IMG/VR virus record: IMGVR_UViG_3300042878_002532
Span: 32,001-96,000 of that record
Length of the DNA stretch: 64,000 bases
Source: a virus
Reading direction: 5' to 3' (one strand)
Shown: positions 19,341 through 28,456 of the stretch, one piece after another
Layout of the letters: each line of letters starts with the position of its first letter
Numbering within the stretch: position 1 is the first letter of the stretch
Position numbers and translations under genes: made by a program
The notes under the pieces: model-generated
The model's input: only the letters and a program-made list of their open reading frames with translations
Database searches by the model: none
Told to the model about the DNA's origin: nothing

Positions 19341-19380
19341 ATATTTAGAATATTTTCTTTTATATATTAAAAGTGAAAAG

Positions 19381-20283
19381 CTAAAGTTTTTTCTCAAATA
19401 GATAAAGGTCGTATAAAGTATTTCCTTTTACGTTCTTTATACTTTTAAGAACTTGTCCGGTAACAGAATCAAGCACTTTGAATACTCCTATTTGTTGATT
19501 TTTATCAGTCTGAATTTTCACAGTATTTCCTGGTTGACCCAAAGCCCCTAATACTGCAACATATTTGTTTCCATATACACTTTTTAAAAACGATACTCTT
19601 AAAGTATTTGTATCTTTAATGTTGTTTATATAAGCGTTATCCATTACTTTTGTTAAATCTAACTGACTTTCAGTTTCTTTTACTACTATGGTCGCGAATT
19701 TTCTTTCTTCACCACCTAAAGTAATTTCTTCTCTGTTCTGAATTTTGTTTTGGTTTACAAGGTTTTGTTGGTTTCTTCTAATCTCACTAAAATCTGCTTT
19801 AGCTATTATACCACCTCTCATACCTTTATCATTCATATTATAACCTGCAGGGGCTAATCTGTAGAACGATCCAGTAAAAGTCATAGAAAGTATTCTATCT
19901 GTTCTAAAAAGTCTCCAGATCTTGTTTATGTGTCTTTTCTGAGACACCGACCATCCGTTTAGATGCCAACCTCTCAATAAAGTTTTGCCTTTTGAAGACC
20001 TCCCAATCACCATTGGGTATATAACTCGCTCATGGCCAGCAAAATGCGTATCTTCTTCTCCTTTGTAGTTGAGTAGGAAGATCATTCCGTATTTGATTGC
20101 CTTTATCATAGTCTGCTCGTTGTACTTGATAGGTTCGTTGATAGGTATATTGGCGATGTCTTTTACATTCTTCAATGAAAATCTAGGTATGAACTCATTG
20201 TCCTCTATAAGTTCGTATCGTTCTTTAACGACGAATTCTACAGGCTTTGTATTGTAATATGCTTTTGTTTGCGCTAGGTTCAT
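19381..20283 (-). CDS. WYL-domain-containing protein
   Basis: Y-x-G...ERVIYP...LLRGW...WRLFRTDRI is the WYL signature. Confidence 0.65.
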   Translation of the reverse strand: MNLAQTKAYYNTKPVEFVVKERYELIEDNEFIPRFSLKNVKDIANIPINEPIKYNEQTMIKAIKYGMIFLLNYKGEEDTHFAGHERVIYPMVIGRSSKGKTLLRGWHLNGWSVSQKRHINKIWRLFRTDRILSMTFTGSFYRLAPAGYNMNDKGMRGGIIAKADFSEIRRNQQNLVNQNKIQNREEITLGGEERKFATIVVKETESQLDLTKVMDNAYINNIKDTNTLRVSFLKSVYGNKYVAVLGALGQPGNTVKIQTDKNQQIGVFKVLDSVTGQVLKSIKNVKGNTLYDLYLFEKKL

Positions 20284-20334
20284 AAAGTATATATTTAATT
20301 ATATTCTATATATTAAATGTGAATGACGCAAAAT

Positions 20335-20370
20335 AAAAAAGCGAGGTCACATTTGATGTGCCTCGCTTTT
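20335..20370. terminator. Intrinsic terminator
   Basis: AAAAGCGAGG-tcacatttgatgtg-CCTCGCTTTT. Confidence 0.7.
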
Positions 20371-20400
20371 CCAACATTCTGTTGTAACCTTCTGTGGTGA

Positions 20401-20571
20401 TTACTTAACTACAGTAGTATCTACTGAAACGGTAGATGCCGGAACAGCTGTAGTATCTACAGCAGCCTCAACGGCAGTCGTGTCAGTATTTGCAGCTTCT
20501 CCCTCAGGAGTCTTGCCACCGCAAGATGCAAGTACCACAGATGTGATTACTAAAAACAATGCTTTTTTCAT
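20401..20571 (-). CDS. Small lipoprotein
   Basis: MKKALFLVITSVVLASC lipobox; DTTAV repeats. Confidence 0.8.
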   Translation of the reverse strand: MKKALFLVITSVVLASCGGKTPEGEAANTDTTAVEAAVDTTAVPASTVSVDTTVVK

Positions 20572-20683
20572 AATTTTCTGTCTTGTTATTTTTTGTGAGA
20601 TGTATATATCCAATTGAAGATTTTGTTTAGAAAAAGAAAAAATATATTTAATATATACATATACAAGAAAATAATTCTAAGAA

Positions 20684-21394
20684 ATGTCAATAAAAAGTAG
20701 AGAAGATGCAAACAAATATTATCAAATCGTAAACGAGTTGGTAGACGAATACATGTCAAAGGGTAAAATCAGACCTTCTAATCTTAAAAGATACCTTCAA
20801 CCAGGTAGTGAGAGATTCAAAAAGTTTTTAATAAGAAACAAGTTGAACGAGATAACAGGAATAGACAGAGTTCTTTCTGATGTGATTGAAGATAGAGCCA
20901 ATATGGAATCTGACGGAGTTCTTACATTTGAAAACTTCAAATTCTTTGAATCTGATGAGTTCAAAATTGCTTCTATGAAACAATGTCTTTATAAAGGTAT
21001 TGAAAAAGCGGATCTAAATATGGAAAAAGTATTGGCAGACGTTTTTGATACTAACTTAGGATCGATAGATATAGTAGATCCTGAAAAACATTGTTTTAAA
21101 ATAGAGGATGAAGAAGAAGTTTTCATTTATTCAAAAGAAGACATTGATATAATAGGATTAAATATAATAGATCATCTATATGATGAGCTTTGTAAAAAAG
21201 ATGTTGTACTTGCAGACGACATATCTATGAATCTTTCTGATTTGGTGGGAAAAGAAGCTTTTGAGAAAAAGATGCACGATTTTTTCACAGAAGAATTTTT
21301 ACTAAAACTGATTGGAAAGTTACTTGATTCTGAATACTACAAAGAAGGTGAAAGTGTCGGAAAAGGAAACTACTTTGTTTGGAAAAAACTCTAA
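20684..21394 (+). CDS. Hypothetical protein
   Basis: 236 aa; TAATATATA at 20649-20657; internal VLTFENFKFFE tag-like segment. Confidence 0.75.
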   Translation: MSIKSREDANKYYQIVNELVDEYMSKGKIRPSNLKRYLQPGSERFKKFLIRNKLNEITGIDRVLSDVIEDRANMESDGVLTFENFKFFESDEFKIASMKQCLYKGIEKADLNMEKVLADVFDTNLGSIDIVDPEKHCFKIEDEEEVFIYSKEDIDIIGLNIIDHLYDELCKKDVVLADDISMNLSDLVGKEAFEKKMHDFFTEEFLLKLIGKLLDSEYYKEGESVGKGNYFVWKKL

Positions 21395-21475
21395 AAACAT
21401 GTAACATCATGATATACTAATAACTAATATTTGGTTTTTCTATTTGGATATATAAATCAAAATAAAAATATCAGT

Positions 21476-22291
21476 ATGTTACTAAAAGTAGGATCAAAAG
21501 GAGATGACGTAAAGTCACTTCAGGAAAAGCTGGGACTTACAGCTGACGGCTCGTTCGGACCTGGAACAGAGAAAGCCGTAAAAGAATGGCAAGCAAAAAA
21601 CGGATTGACGGCAGACGGAGTTATCGGTGATAAAAGCTGGCAACTTTTGGCTTTATTCGGAACAAAAAAAGAAGAGGTTGTAATACCTGCAAGTGAATTT
21701 AAGCTTGAGGCATTAAAAGGACATCTTCCGGATTCAGTAATCGCTCAGATTCCTGACACAGCAAAAAAATTCAACATTACAAATGTATTGAGACTATCTC
21801 ACTTCTTGGCACAATGTGGTCATGAGTCTGGTGGATTCAAAGCGGTTTCTGAAAACCTAAACTATTCTTCTGACGGATTGAAAAAAATATTCGGAAAGTA
21901 TTTCCCTGGTGATACTACGGCTTATGCTAGAAACCCGGAAAAGATTGCTTCTAAAGTTTATGCAAACAGAATGGGTAATGGAGACGAAAGTTCTAAAGAA
22001 GGATTCAAATTCAGAGGTAGAGGATATATCCAGTTGACCGGAAAATCAAACTATCAAGGATTCACAAAATTCATTGGAGAGGATTGCGTAGCAAATCCGG
22101 ATTTAGTAGCGACTAAATATCCATTGGCTTCTGCGGCATTCTTTTTTGACTCTAATAAACTATGGTCTATTTGTGATAAAGGTGCAGATGATGCTACCGT
22201 AACTGCAGTTACTAAAAGAGTGAATGGTGGTACTATTGGATTACCGGATAGAATAAAACATTTCAAAGAGTTTTACAACTTACTTAAATAA
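21476..22291 (+). CDS. Endolysin: peptidoglycan-binding domain plus GH19 glycosidase
   Basis: LKVGSKGDDV..LQ..L..ADG.FG..T PG-binding repeat; FLAQCGHESGGF..ENLNYS, FRGRGYIQLTG, TKRVNGG. Confidence 0.92.
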   Translation: MLLKVGSKGDDVKSLQEKLGLTADGSFGPGTEKAVKEWQAKNGLTADGVIGDKSWQLLALFGTKKEEVVIPASEFKLEALKGHLPDSVIAQIPDTAKKFNITNVLRLSHFLAQCGHESGGFKAVSENLNYSSDGLKKIFGKYFPGDTTAYARNPEKIASKVYANRMGNGDESSKEGFKFRGRGYIQLTGKSNYQGFTKFIGEDCVANPDLVATKYPLASAAFFFDSNKLWSICDKGADDATVTAVTKRVNGGTIGLPDRIKHFKEFYNLLK

Positions 22292-22296
22292 AAAAA

Positions 22297-22325
22297 GAAA
22301 AGAGAGCCACAAAGCTCTCTTTTTT
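22297..22325. terminator. Bidirectional terminator
   Basis: AAAAGAGAGC-cacaaa-GCTCTCTTTT. Confidence 0.75.
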
Positions 22326-22987
22326 CATGATAGAATATCTTTTATCTTAGCATCTCTGATTAGAACCTTTGATAGAATTCCTGATTGTTTGTCAATGGCT
22401 TCGAATATCTTTGTTTTTGAAAAGAATCCATTATAGATTGTGTTGAAATCGTCTTTCATATGTATAAGTTTCAAAAAAAGATTAGGTTGTAATCTTATAA
22501 TAAACTTTTCTACATATTTATCTTCTCTCAACTCTAAAATATAAGCTTGTTCCATTTCTGGTCCAAAATTGAACTCTGATGGTTCAAATCCTAAACTCTT
22601 TATAAAATCTAATACGAATGAATACTTTTCATATCGACATTTGAGTTTTGTTTCTGTGTCGTAGTATGAAAATCTCGAAGGCATCTGATTAAAATCCATT
22701 TCGGTTCCTATATGATATGTGTCATTTTCCAATAGTTCCGAAAGATCAGATTCTCTCCTATCTTCTTTGTTTAAGATATTCTTTTTTTTAACAAAGTGAG
22801 ATAGCTTAGTATCAAAAAGAAAATGTGTTTCTCCTGTTTCTTCTGCTCTTTTTTCACATTCGTCGATGAAATATTGATCTATCTCAGATCTTTCATATTC
22901 CCATGAAGATTCTTCTTGTATAAATCCTTCTGGTTTGCTACCATCGTCTATTTCTATAGTACCATCTGGTAATTGTCTAATATTCAT
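22325..22987 (-). CDS. Hypothetical protein
   Basis: 220 aa; RESDLSELL and C-terminal IRDAKIKDIL motifs. Confidence 0.7.
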   Translation of the reverse strand: MNIRQLPDGTIEIDDGSKPEGFIQEESSWEYERSEIDQYFIDECEKRAEETGETHFLFDTKLSHFVKKKNILNKEDRRESDLSELLENDTYHIGTEMDFNQMPSRFSYYDTETKLKCRYEKYSFVLDFIKSLGFEPSEFNFGPEMEQAYILELREDKYVEKFIIRLQPNLFLKLIHMKDDFNTIYNGFFSKTKIFEAIDKQSGILSKVLIRDAKIKDILS

Positions 22988-23211
22988 GCTAAGGCATAGT
23001 TTTTTTCGTGGTCGAACCTTTCTTTTGAAAAGTCCAATAGAACTTTACACTTCTCATACTCTTCTCTTTCTTCGAAGTAGTACATTATTTTTTCGATAAA
23101 ATCTAACGTGTATGGTTTAAAGGATATGTCATAACATTTACCTTTATTGATTCTATCATAAGTGCTATTCATCAAATAGCTGTAGTTGTGCATAACAATT
23201 TTATCAGTCAT
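22984..23211 (-). CDS. Small protein with UVR-like EEYEKC motif
   Basis: YFEEREEYEKCKVL. Confidence 0.6.
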   Translation of the reverse strand: MTDKIVMHNYSYLMNSTYDRINKGKCYDISFKPYTLDFIEKIMYYFEEREEYEKCKVLLDFSKERFDHEKNYALA

Positions 23212-23212
23212 C

Positions 23213-23833
23213 TTATTTATTGCTTTGATTTTTCAAAAAATCTAATTCCTCTTGTGTTATTTTACTCATTCCGTGTTTACTAATCTTATCTAAGATTGAA
23301 TCTACATCGAAACGGTCTTCGTTTTCTTCTACTATTCTTTCAATCTCCGTAGTTTCTTTCTTCATCATTAGGTTGTTCAGTTCCGCTTCTGGGTTTACAC
23401 TTTCAAAATCTTTTAACTTAGATTCTAATTCCTCTCTAGAGATTGTCACACCCAATACTTCTACAACATCATCAATCTGTTTACCATATTGTTCATGTAT
23501 ATTACTTATTATATTTTCATTTAACTTTTTATCGATTGTCTCAGATGTATAGATACATTTATTTTCTTTGAAAATACAAACAATACTTTTATCCATAAGA
23601 TAAACTACGTTTACAATATTGTAGTCTTTCAGTTTGGTATCTAACATTACTGTGTGATTTACCCTACTAACAAATACCGCTTGACCTTTTTTAATATTAG
23701 ATAATATCTCTTCGAATTGTAATATCATATCTTTCAGAAGCTTTTGGTCTTTGAAATGTTCTTTTATTTTGTCTACAATCTTCGCATATAGGAAGCCTAA
23801 TATAAACATAAGTGTTAACGTCATTATACTCAT
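23213..23833 (-). CDS. Membrane-anchored protein with C-terminal DUF6576-like motif
   Basis: N-terminal TM; ends VDSILDKISKHGMSKITQEELDFL. Confidence 0.75.
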   Translation of the reverse strand: MSIMTLTLMFILGFLYAKIVDKIKEHFKDQKLLKDMILQFEEILSNIKKGQAVFVSRVNHTVMLDTKLKDYNIVNVVYLMDKSIVCIFKENKCIYTSETIDKKLNENIISNIHEQYGKQIDDVVEVLGVTISREELESKLKDFESVNPEAELNNLMMKKETTEIERIVEENEDRFDVDSILDKISKHGMSKITQEELDFLKNQSNK

Positions 23834-25020
23834 AGTGTATTATATATATTTTTTCTGATTTTGATTAGTATTTCATTGACAAAAGATTCATCTACTTTGT
23901 CTGGAAGGTTTGAGTTCGCGAACAGCTCGTCGATTTCTACGATTTCTGCCTCTACTTGATCAATAAGAGTCTGTAGGTCAATCTTTCCTTTTCTGATGTC
24001 GATTAGTTCTTGAGCATTTTCTCTACGAACGTTGATACCAAGACCCAATGCGATTTCTCTTGCCATATCCATAAGTCTTCGGGAGTGCATCATGTTCTTA
24101 CCGTCGATTTTTTGACCGTGAGATTTAACATCAACCCATCTTGCATCATTTTTATTTACTAACCAATCTTCATAAGACTTATAATCTTTACAGTGTTCGG
24201 AATAACCATCTTTATTATAAACAATATTACAGATTGGAGTTTCATCTTTTGGAATAGAAGAAAGTCTAAGAGCATTTGACTCAGCAACGTTATCACCTTC
24301 ACCAGTCTTTACAAGTCCTTTATAACCAAATCCCATTGAGTGACCTTCTTCTTTTCTCCATGCTTTAGCTTTTTCCCTCAAGTCTTCTGGAATCCTTTCA
24401 TTAAAACAGTTGTTAGCATCTGTATCAAAATAAACAGCATATGAATCTCTAGCATTTGGTACATTTACAACTCCACAGAACTTTTCTTCAAACCCCTTAT
24501 CAGAGTTCCATTTTTTCCAAGGAATAGATTTTGGTCCTTCAATCACATAAACAAAGTCGAGTACATCTTTACGAGTTACTTTATCTTTTTCCCAGTTTTG
24601 TTTTTTGTTTTGACCTTTTGCTTTTTGGATTTGCATTTTACCATAACCACCAAAAGATTTGGCACACACTTTGGTGATGAATTTATCTCTGTTATCTAAG
24701 ATAAGGTCGAAGATAGGATCTTTATAGATGATACAATCTTCTGGTGTGTTTAGAAGTTCTAATACGGTTGGATTATTGCTAGAAAGTAGTTGTAGAAATC
24801 TTTTGATTTCATAGATTACGGTATCATTTGTATCGTCGTTGATTTGTTCTTTGTAGTTGAATCCAAAGATGTCTTCTTGTGATTGAATGAATACACCTGC
24901 GTAGTCTGTATCGGATGTTTCAATGTTTGTTCCATATGCATGTGATCCTCTAATAACGAGTAGTAGTGGTTTTGCGTTTGGAGACTTTTCTTCGATGAAT
25001 CTAAATAGTTCTTCTTTCAT
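23830..25020 (-). CDS. Pol-beta superfamily nucleotidyltransferase (RlaP/Nuc-transf-like)
   Basis: GSHAYGTN..SDTD, YEIKRFL.LL..NNPTVLELL, DGKNMMHSRRL. Confidence 0.82.
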   Translation of the reverse strand: MKEELFRFIEEKSPNAKPLLLVIRGSHAYGTNIETSDTDYAGVFIQSQEDIFGFNYKEQINDDTNDTVIYEIKRFLQLLSSNNPTVLELLNTPEDCIIYKDPIFDLILDNRDKFITKVCAKSFGGYGKMQIQKAKGQNKKQNWEKDKVTRKDVLDFVYVIEGPKSIPWKKWNSDKGFEEKFCGVVNVPNARDSYAVYFDTDANNCFNERIPEDLREKAKAWRKEEGHSMGFGYKGLVKTGEGDNVAESNALRLSSIPKDETPICNIVYNKDGYSEHCKDYKSYEDWLVNKNDARWVDVKSHGQKIDGKNMMHSRRLMDMAREIALGLGINVRRENAQELIDIRKGKIDLQTLIDQVEAEIVEIDELFANSNLPDKVDESFVNEILIKIRKNIYNTL

Positions 25021-25037
25021 TTTCTTTATTTATTCTA

Positions 25038-25045
25038 CAAATGTA
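25038..25045 (-). promoter_or_regulatory. Bacteroidota-type -7 element TACATTTG
   Basis: TAnnTTTG on the minus strand 17 nt upstream of the nucleotidyltransferase start. Confidence 0.55.
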
Positions 25046-25115
25046 GTGATTAAAACTGAAATAAAAATAAAGCAACATTAAAATTTAATATATACCAAAA
25101 AAGAATAAAACTCAT

Positions 25116-26264
25116 ATGTCTACACAGAGTTATAATACGGGCAACACAATATATGATAGTAATGGTGGTAATCAAAACGTTGTTGCGGACTATGCTTATA
25201 TTTCAGATTTACTTGCCAATATACCTGATAATAATACAAACTTAATTGATGCAAAAGACGTTAGGGATGCGGTTTGGACTTTATGGAATAGAATTGAAGA
25301 TATAAATATAGGTTTATCCTCTTCTGGAATAAACATATATGCAACTGGATCAGGAACATTTTCGGCAGATTTAAGATATGATAGAACACGTCTATCTAGT
25401 GCAGCACCTGTCGGTGGTGTTCCAACTGGATCAACATTTAGTGGAACTCTTCAGGATGTTTTTGATAGAATATTTTATCCATATACAGCACCAACGTGTG
25501 CTTTGAGTGGTGGTAGTACTAGACAATTTGGTTCGAATACTTCGGTAACATTGAGTTTCACTCTTAATAAATTTGAAAAGCCTGTGACTGCAGTATCTAT
25601 ACAACTTCTTTCTGGAACATCACCGATAACACCAATACCTTCTGTGATAACTCAGAACAATACAAATCCTGCTAGTTTTGGTCCAAGTACTTTGTCTACC
25701 ACTCCAGCATCTATTGTTACTTATGCTACACATAGTGCAACACCAACATCACTCAGTGAATCTAATACATACAATCTTACTATAGGTGATGGTCAAGCTT
25801 CCGCTGGTGCGTCAACTACCGTTACTTGGATGAACTATTTATATTATGGTACTTTAAATTTGAGTACACTTTCGGGTAATCCGAATCCTGATTTAACCGT
25901 AAGGCCCGATGGTAGCAATAGTGCAGCCGTTGCATCATCCATAGTGCAGATAACTGCAGCAATAGATAGCAATACCGTTAAGGCGACTGCCAATACGTAT
26001 GATAGAGTTTTGGTATCAAAAGTTTTTGCAACCAGTAGAACACTTAGTTTGGCGGACTATGCTGCCGGTAATAACTATCTTTTCTTTGCTTGGCCTACAT
26101 TGTTTGGAACACCTACTTTTAAAATAAATGGATTGTCGAATAGTGCATTTACTAAAGTTAAAAGTGGTTTTGTATTCACAAATGAAAATGGATTCTCAGG
26201 AGTAAATTATGATGTTTGGATAAGTAATACTGTCTATGGAACATCTACAATAAATATAAGTTAA
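25116..26264 (+). CDS. Virion structural protein (S/T-rich, fibre or baseplate-associated)
   Basis: Ser/Thr/Gly-rich beta-type composition, YPYTAP motif; TAATATATA at 25086-25094. Confidence 0.55.
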   Translation: MSTQSYNTGNTIYDSNGGNQNVVADYAYISDLLANIPDNNTNLIDAKDVRDAVWTLWNRIEDINIGLSSSGINIYATGSGTFSADLRYDRTRLSSAAPVGGVPTGSTFSGTLQDVFDRIFYPYTAPTCALSGGSTRQFGSNTSVTLSFTLNKFEKPVTAVSIQLLSGTSPITPIPSVITQNNTNPASFGPSTLSTTPASIVTYATHSATPTSLSESNTYNLTIGDGQASAGASTTVTWMNYLYYGTLNLSTLSGNPNPDLTVRPDGSNSAAVASSIVQITAAIDSNTVKATANTYDRVLVSKVFATSRTLSLADYAAGNNYLFFAWPTLFGTPTFKINGLSNSAFTKVKSGFVFTNENGFSGVNYDVWISNTVYGTSTINIS

Positions 26265-26283
26265 AAAAATAAGATAAAGATAT

Positions 26284-27627
26284 ATGCCAACTCAAAACGT
26301 AGGTACACTAGTAGGGGCTGCGATAAGGCCAATAGATGATGCAATGCCGATTGCTTCTGCATTTTCTTTTGAAATAAATGGAGGACATCACCAAGTTGCC
26401 ACTTTGGTTGCTAGAGATGCCATAATTGTTCAAAGAAGACAATGGGGGATGTTGTGTACGGTTTATAACGATTCAACTTCTACAAACAATGCAACATACC
26501 AACTTAAATATGGACATAACAATGGTAGTACCAATACTATGGATAACGCAAACTGGGTAGTTTTCTCAGGTGGTGGCGGTGCCGGTGGAAGTGCAAACTG
26601 GGTAGATCCTGTTCTTTCTGTTACAATGAGTACTCCTGGAATTTCGGCAGACGGAGATAGATATTTGGTTGGATTGGATGAGACTGCTTCGTTATCTGGT
26701 AGTTTTGCCACACTTACTAATACTGGATATGTTGGAAACTTAGTTGGTGGATATATTGCTGAATATAACTCTAGTATAAGCAATTGGGTAACTACATTAC
26801 CAACCGATGGGATGACTCTAAGAGTCAATGATCAAGACAACTCATTTTATAGATATGAAGGAACTTATTCTACTGGTCAATGGTACAAAGAAAGAGTCAA
26901 TCAAGTAAGATATCTTTCTGCGATTAGTGCAAATGGTGTTGATTATACTATAACCACTAATGATTTTTTTGAATACTCTACTGAAGTTGTATATTTAGTT
27001 CAGTTTGGAACTGCTAACTCAGGAAGTACAGCTTCATTAAATATAAATGGTTTAGGTCAAACAAACATGAGAAAACAGAACGCACTTGGACTTTCTGATT
27101 TTTCTAAAAACGATTTGAATATTGTTGGAGTTTACAATCTTATATATGATGGAACTATTTTTAGAGTTGATCAACAAGCCGGAGAAGGTGGTGCTTTTAC
27201 TTTAAAGTATAGGATTATCGATTCTGAAAGAATTGAAGTTCCTGCATATTCTGAATATTTACTTTATGGTGATTTAGAAGTAAATGGTATATTAGATATC
27301 AATGCTACTGGAAAAGTTGTTTTGGTAAATGGTGGATTGAATGTAAATGGTGGTACGGTTTCTAACTCAGGAAATATAGAATTTGTAACCGTTCCTCAGG
27401 CAGCATCGACTGGAGTTGCTGGATATGTTCCAAAATGGGCATCTACTACTGCAATATCTGCAACTTCTTCTATACAGGATAGTGGAACAAAAGTTACTTT
27501 GAGCTCTGTTTTGAATTTGACACCAAGTAGTCAACCTGCAACTGCTGCGGCTGGAGATATATACTTTGATAGTGGTACTAATAAGTTAAGAGCATATGAT
27601 GGTTCTGGTTGGAACGATCTTTGGTAA
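26284..27627 (+). CDS. Tail fibre-like structural protein (DUF2793-like segment)
   Basis: GDRYLVG...IAEY...W...P.DG segment; C-terminal GDIYFDS..KLRAYDGSGW. Confidence 0.55.
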   Translation: MPTQNVGTLVGAAIRPIDDAMPIASAFSFEINGGHHQVATLVARDAIIVQRRQWGMLCTVYNDSTSTNNATYQLKYGHNNGSTNTMDNANWVVFSGGGGAGGSANWVDPVLSVTMSTPGISADGDRYLVGLDETASLSGSFATLTNTGYVGNLVGGYIAEYNSSISNWVTTLPTDGMTLRVNDQDNSFYRYEGTYSTGQWYKERVNQVRYLSAISANGVDYTITTNDFFEYSTEVVYLVQFGTANSGSTASLNINGLGQTNMRKQNALGLSDFSKNDLNIVGVYNLIYDGTIFRVDQQAGEGGAFTLKYRIIDSERIEVPAYSEYLLYGDLEVNGILDINATGKVVLVNGGLNVNGGTVSNSGNIEFVTVPQAASTGVAGYVPKWASTTAISATSSIQDSGTKVTLSSVLNLTPSSQPATAAAGDIYFDSGTNKLRAYDGSGWNDLW

Positions 27628-27629
27628 TA

Positions 27630-27660
27630 AAAAAAGTCCTTCATTTGAAGGACTTTTTTT
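27630..27660. terminator. Bidirectional terminator
   Basis: AAAAAAGTCCTTCA-tt-TGAAGGACTTTTTT. Confidence 0.8.
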
Positions 27661-27922
27661 ATGATATTATTTTAATAATATTTTCTAAGGAAAAACCATC
27701 TAATGGTTTGCCACCATTTTTAAGGTAGTCTCCATAGATGTTGTTATAGTCATCTATAGTATAGAACTTTGAATCTAAGTCACAAAATATAACTGTAGTA
27801 TCGTGTGCATTCACCGTTTTATTCTGAAGTCCTGTCTCTCCGTATCCTGGTCCCATAGGTCCAATCAGTTCGGTTCCGTTTACTTCTTCTTTTATGAAAT
27901 CTTCAAATCTTTTAATCATCAT
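27659..27922 (-). CDS. Hypothetical protein with N-terminal tag
   Basis: MMIKRFEDFIKEE. Confidence 0.7.
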   Translation of the reverse strand: MMIKRFEDFIKEEVNGTELIGPMGPGYGETGLQNKTVNAHDTTVIFCDLDSKFYTIDDYNNIYGDYLKNGGKPLDGFSLENIIKIIS

Positions 27923-28397
27923 CCCCATTACTTGCTTCTATTTTTTCAAAGTATTCGTCTTGTTCTTGAAGAGAATATTCGTCTTTTTTGATATTGTATA
28001 TTATGTTGTACAAAAATCTGTCATCTAATCTATGTTTTTCACCACCTTTCATTGTTATGGTACATACATCGTCTTCAAAAACATTTTCAATCTTACTTAT
28101 TTGAAGTCCAAACTTTCCATATTTGTCGTGAAGATTACATATAACTATTCTTTTTTCCTTTAAAAGGTCGTCTATTCTAGAATATGTCGAATTCTTTGAT
28201 AGATACATGAAATCTTTCATGTAGTCCTCTCTTGTATGCTGATAGAGGTTCAGGAAATTTATTTCCTTATCAGAAAGCTTCTTGCTGCTGTTTATCTTAT
28301 CTAAGATACGGTTCAGCTCTATTTCTTTAATAGATTCGCCGAGAAGGTAATACTTTATGAGTTTTTTTATTTTCATGTCGCTATTATTTTCTATCAT
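27912..28397 (-). CDS. Hypothetical protein with DUF6576-like motif
   Basis: LNRILDKINSSKKLSDKEINFL; start may be MKIKK at 28376; TAATATATA at 28397-28405. Confidence 0.7.
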   Translation of the reverse strand: MIENNSDMKIKKLIKYYLLGESIKEIELNRILDKINSSKKLSDKEINFLNLYQHTREDYMKDFMYLSKNSTYSRIDDLLKEKRIVICNLHDKYGKFGLQISKIENVFEDDVCTITMKGGEKHRLDDRFLYNIIYNIKKDEYSLQEQDEYFEKIEASNGDDD

Positions 28398-28456
28398 ATA
28401 TATTAAGAAGTGTAAACGATTTTTATATATAGTTTATACTAAAATTATATAATCTA

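Noticed and set aside
11472-21475. Longest-ORF starts from the track (11472, 12209, 13663, 18219, 19397, 20613, 21431)
   Set aside because: Upstream extensions run through promoter boxes or neighbouring genes; the downstream ATGs fit the promoter position and the tag or signal peptide
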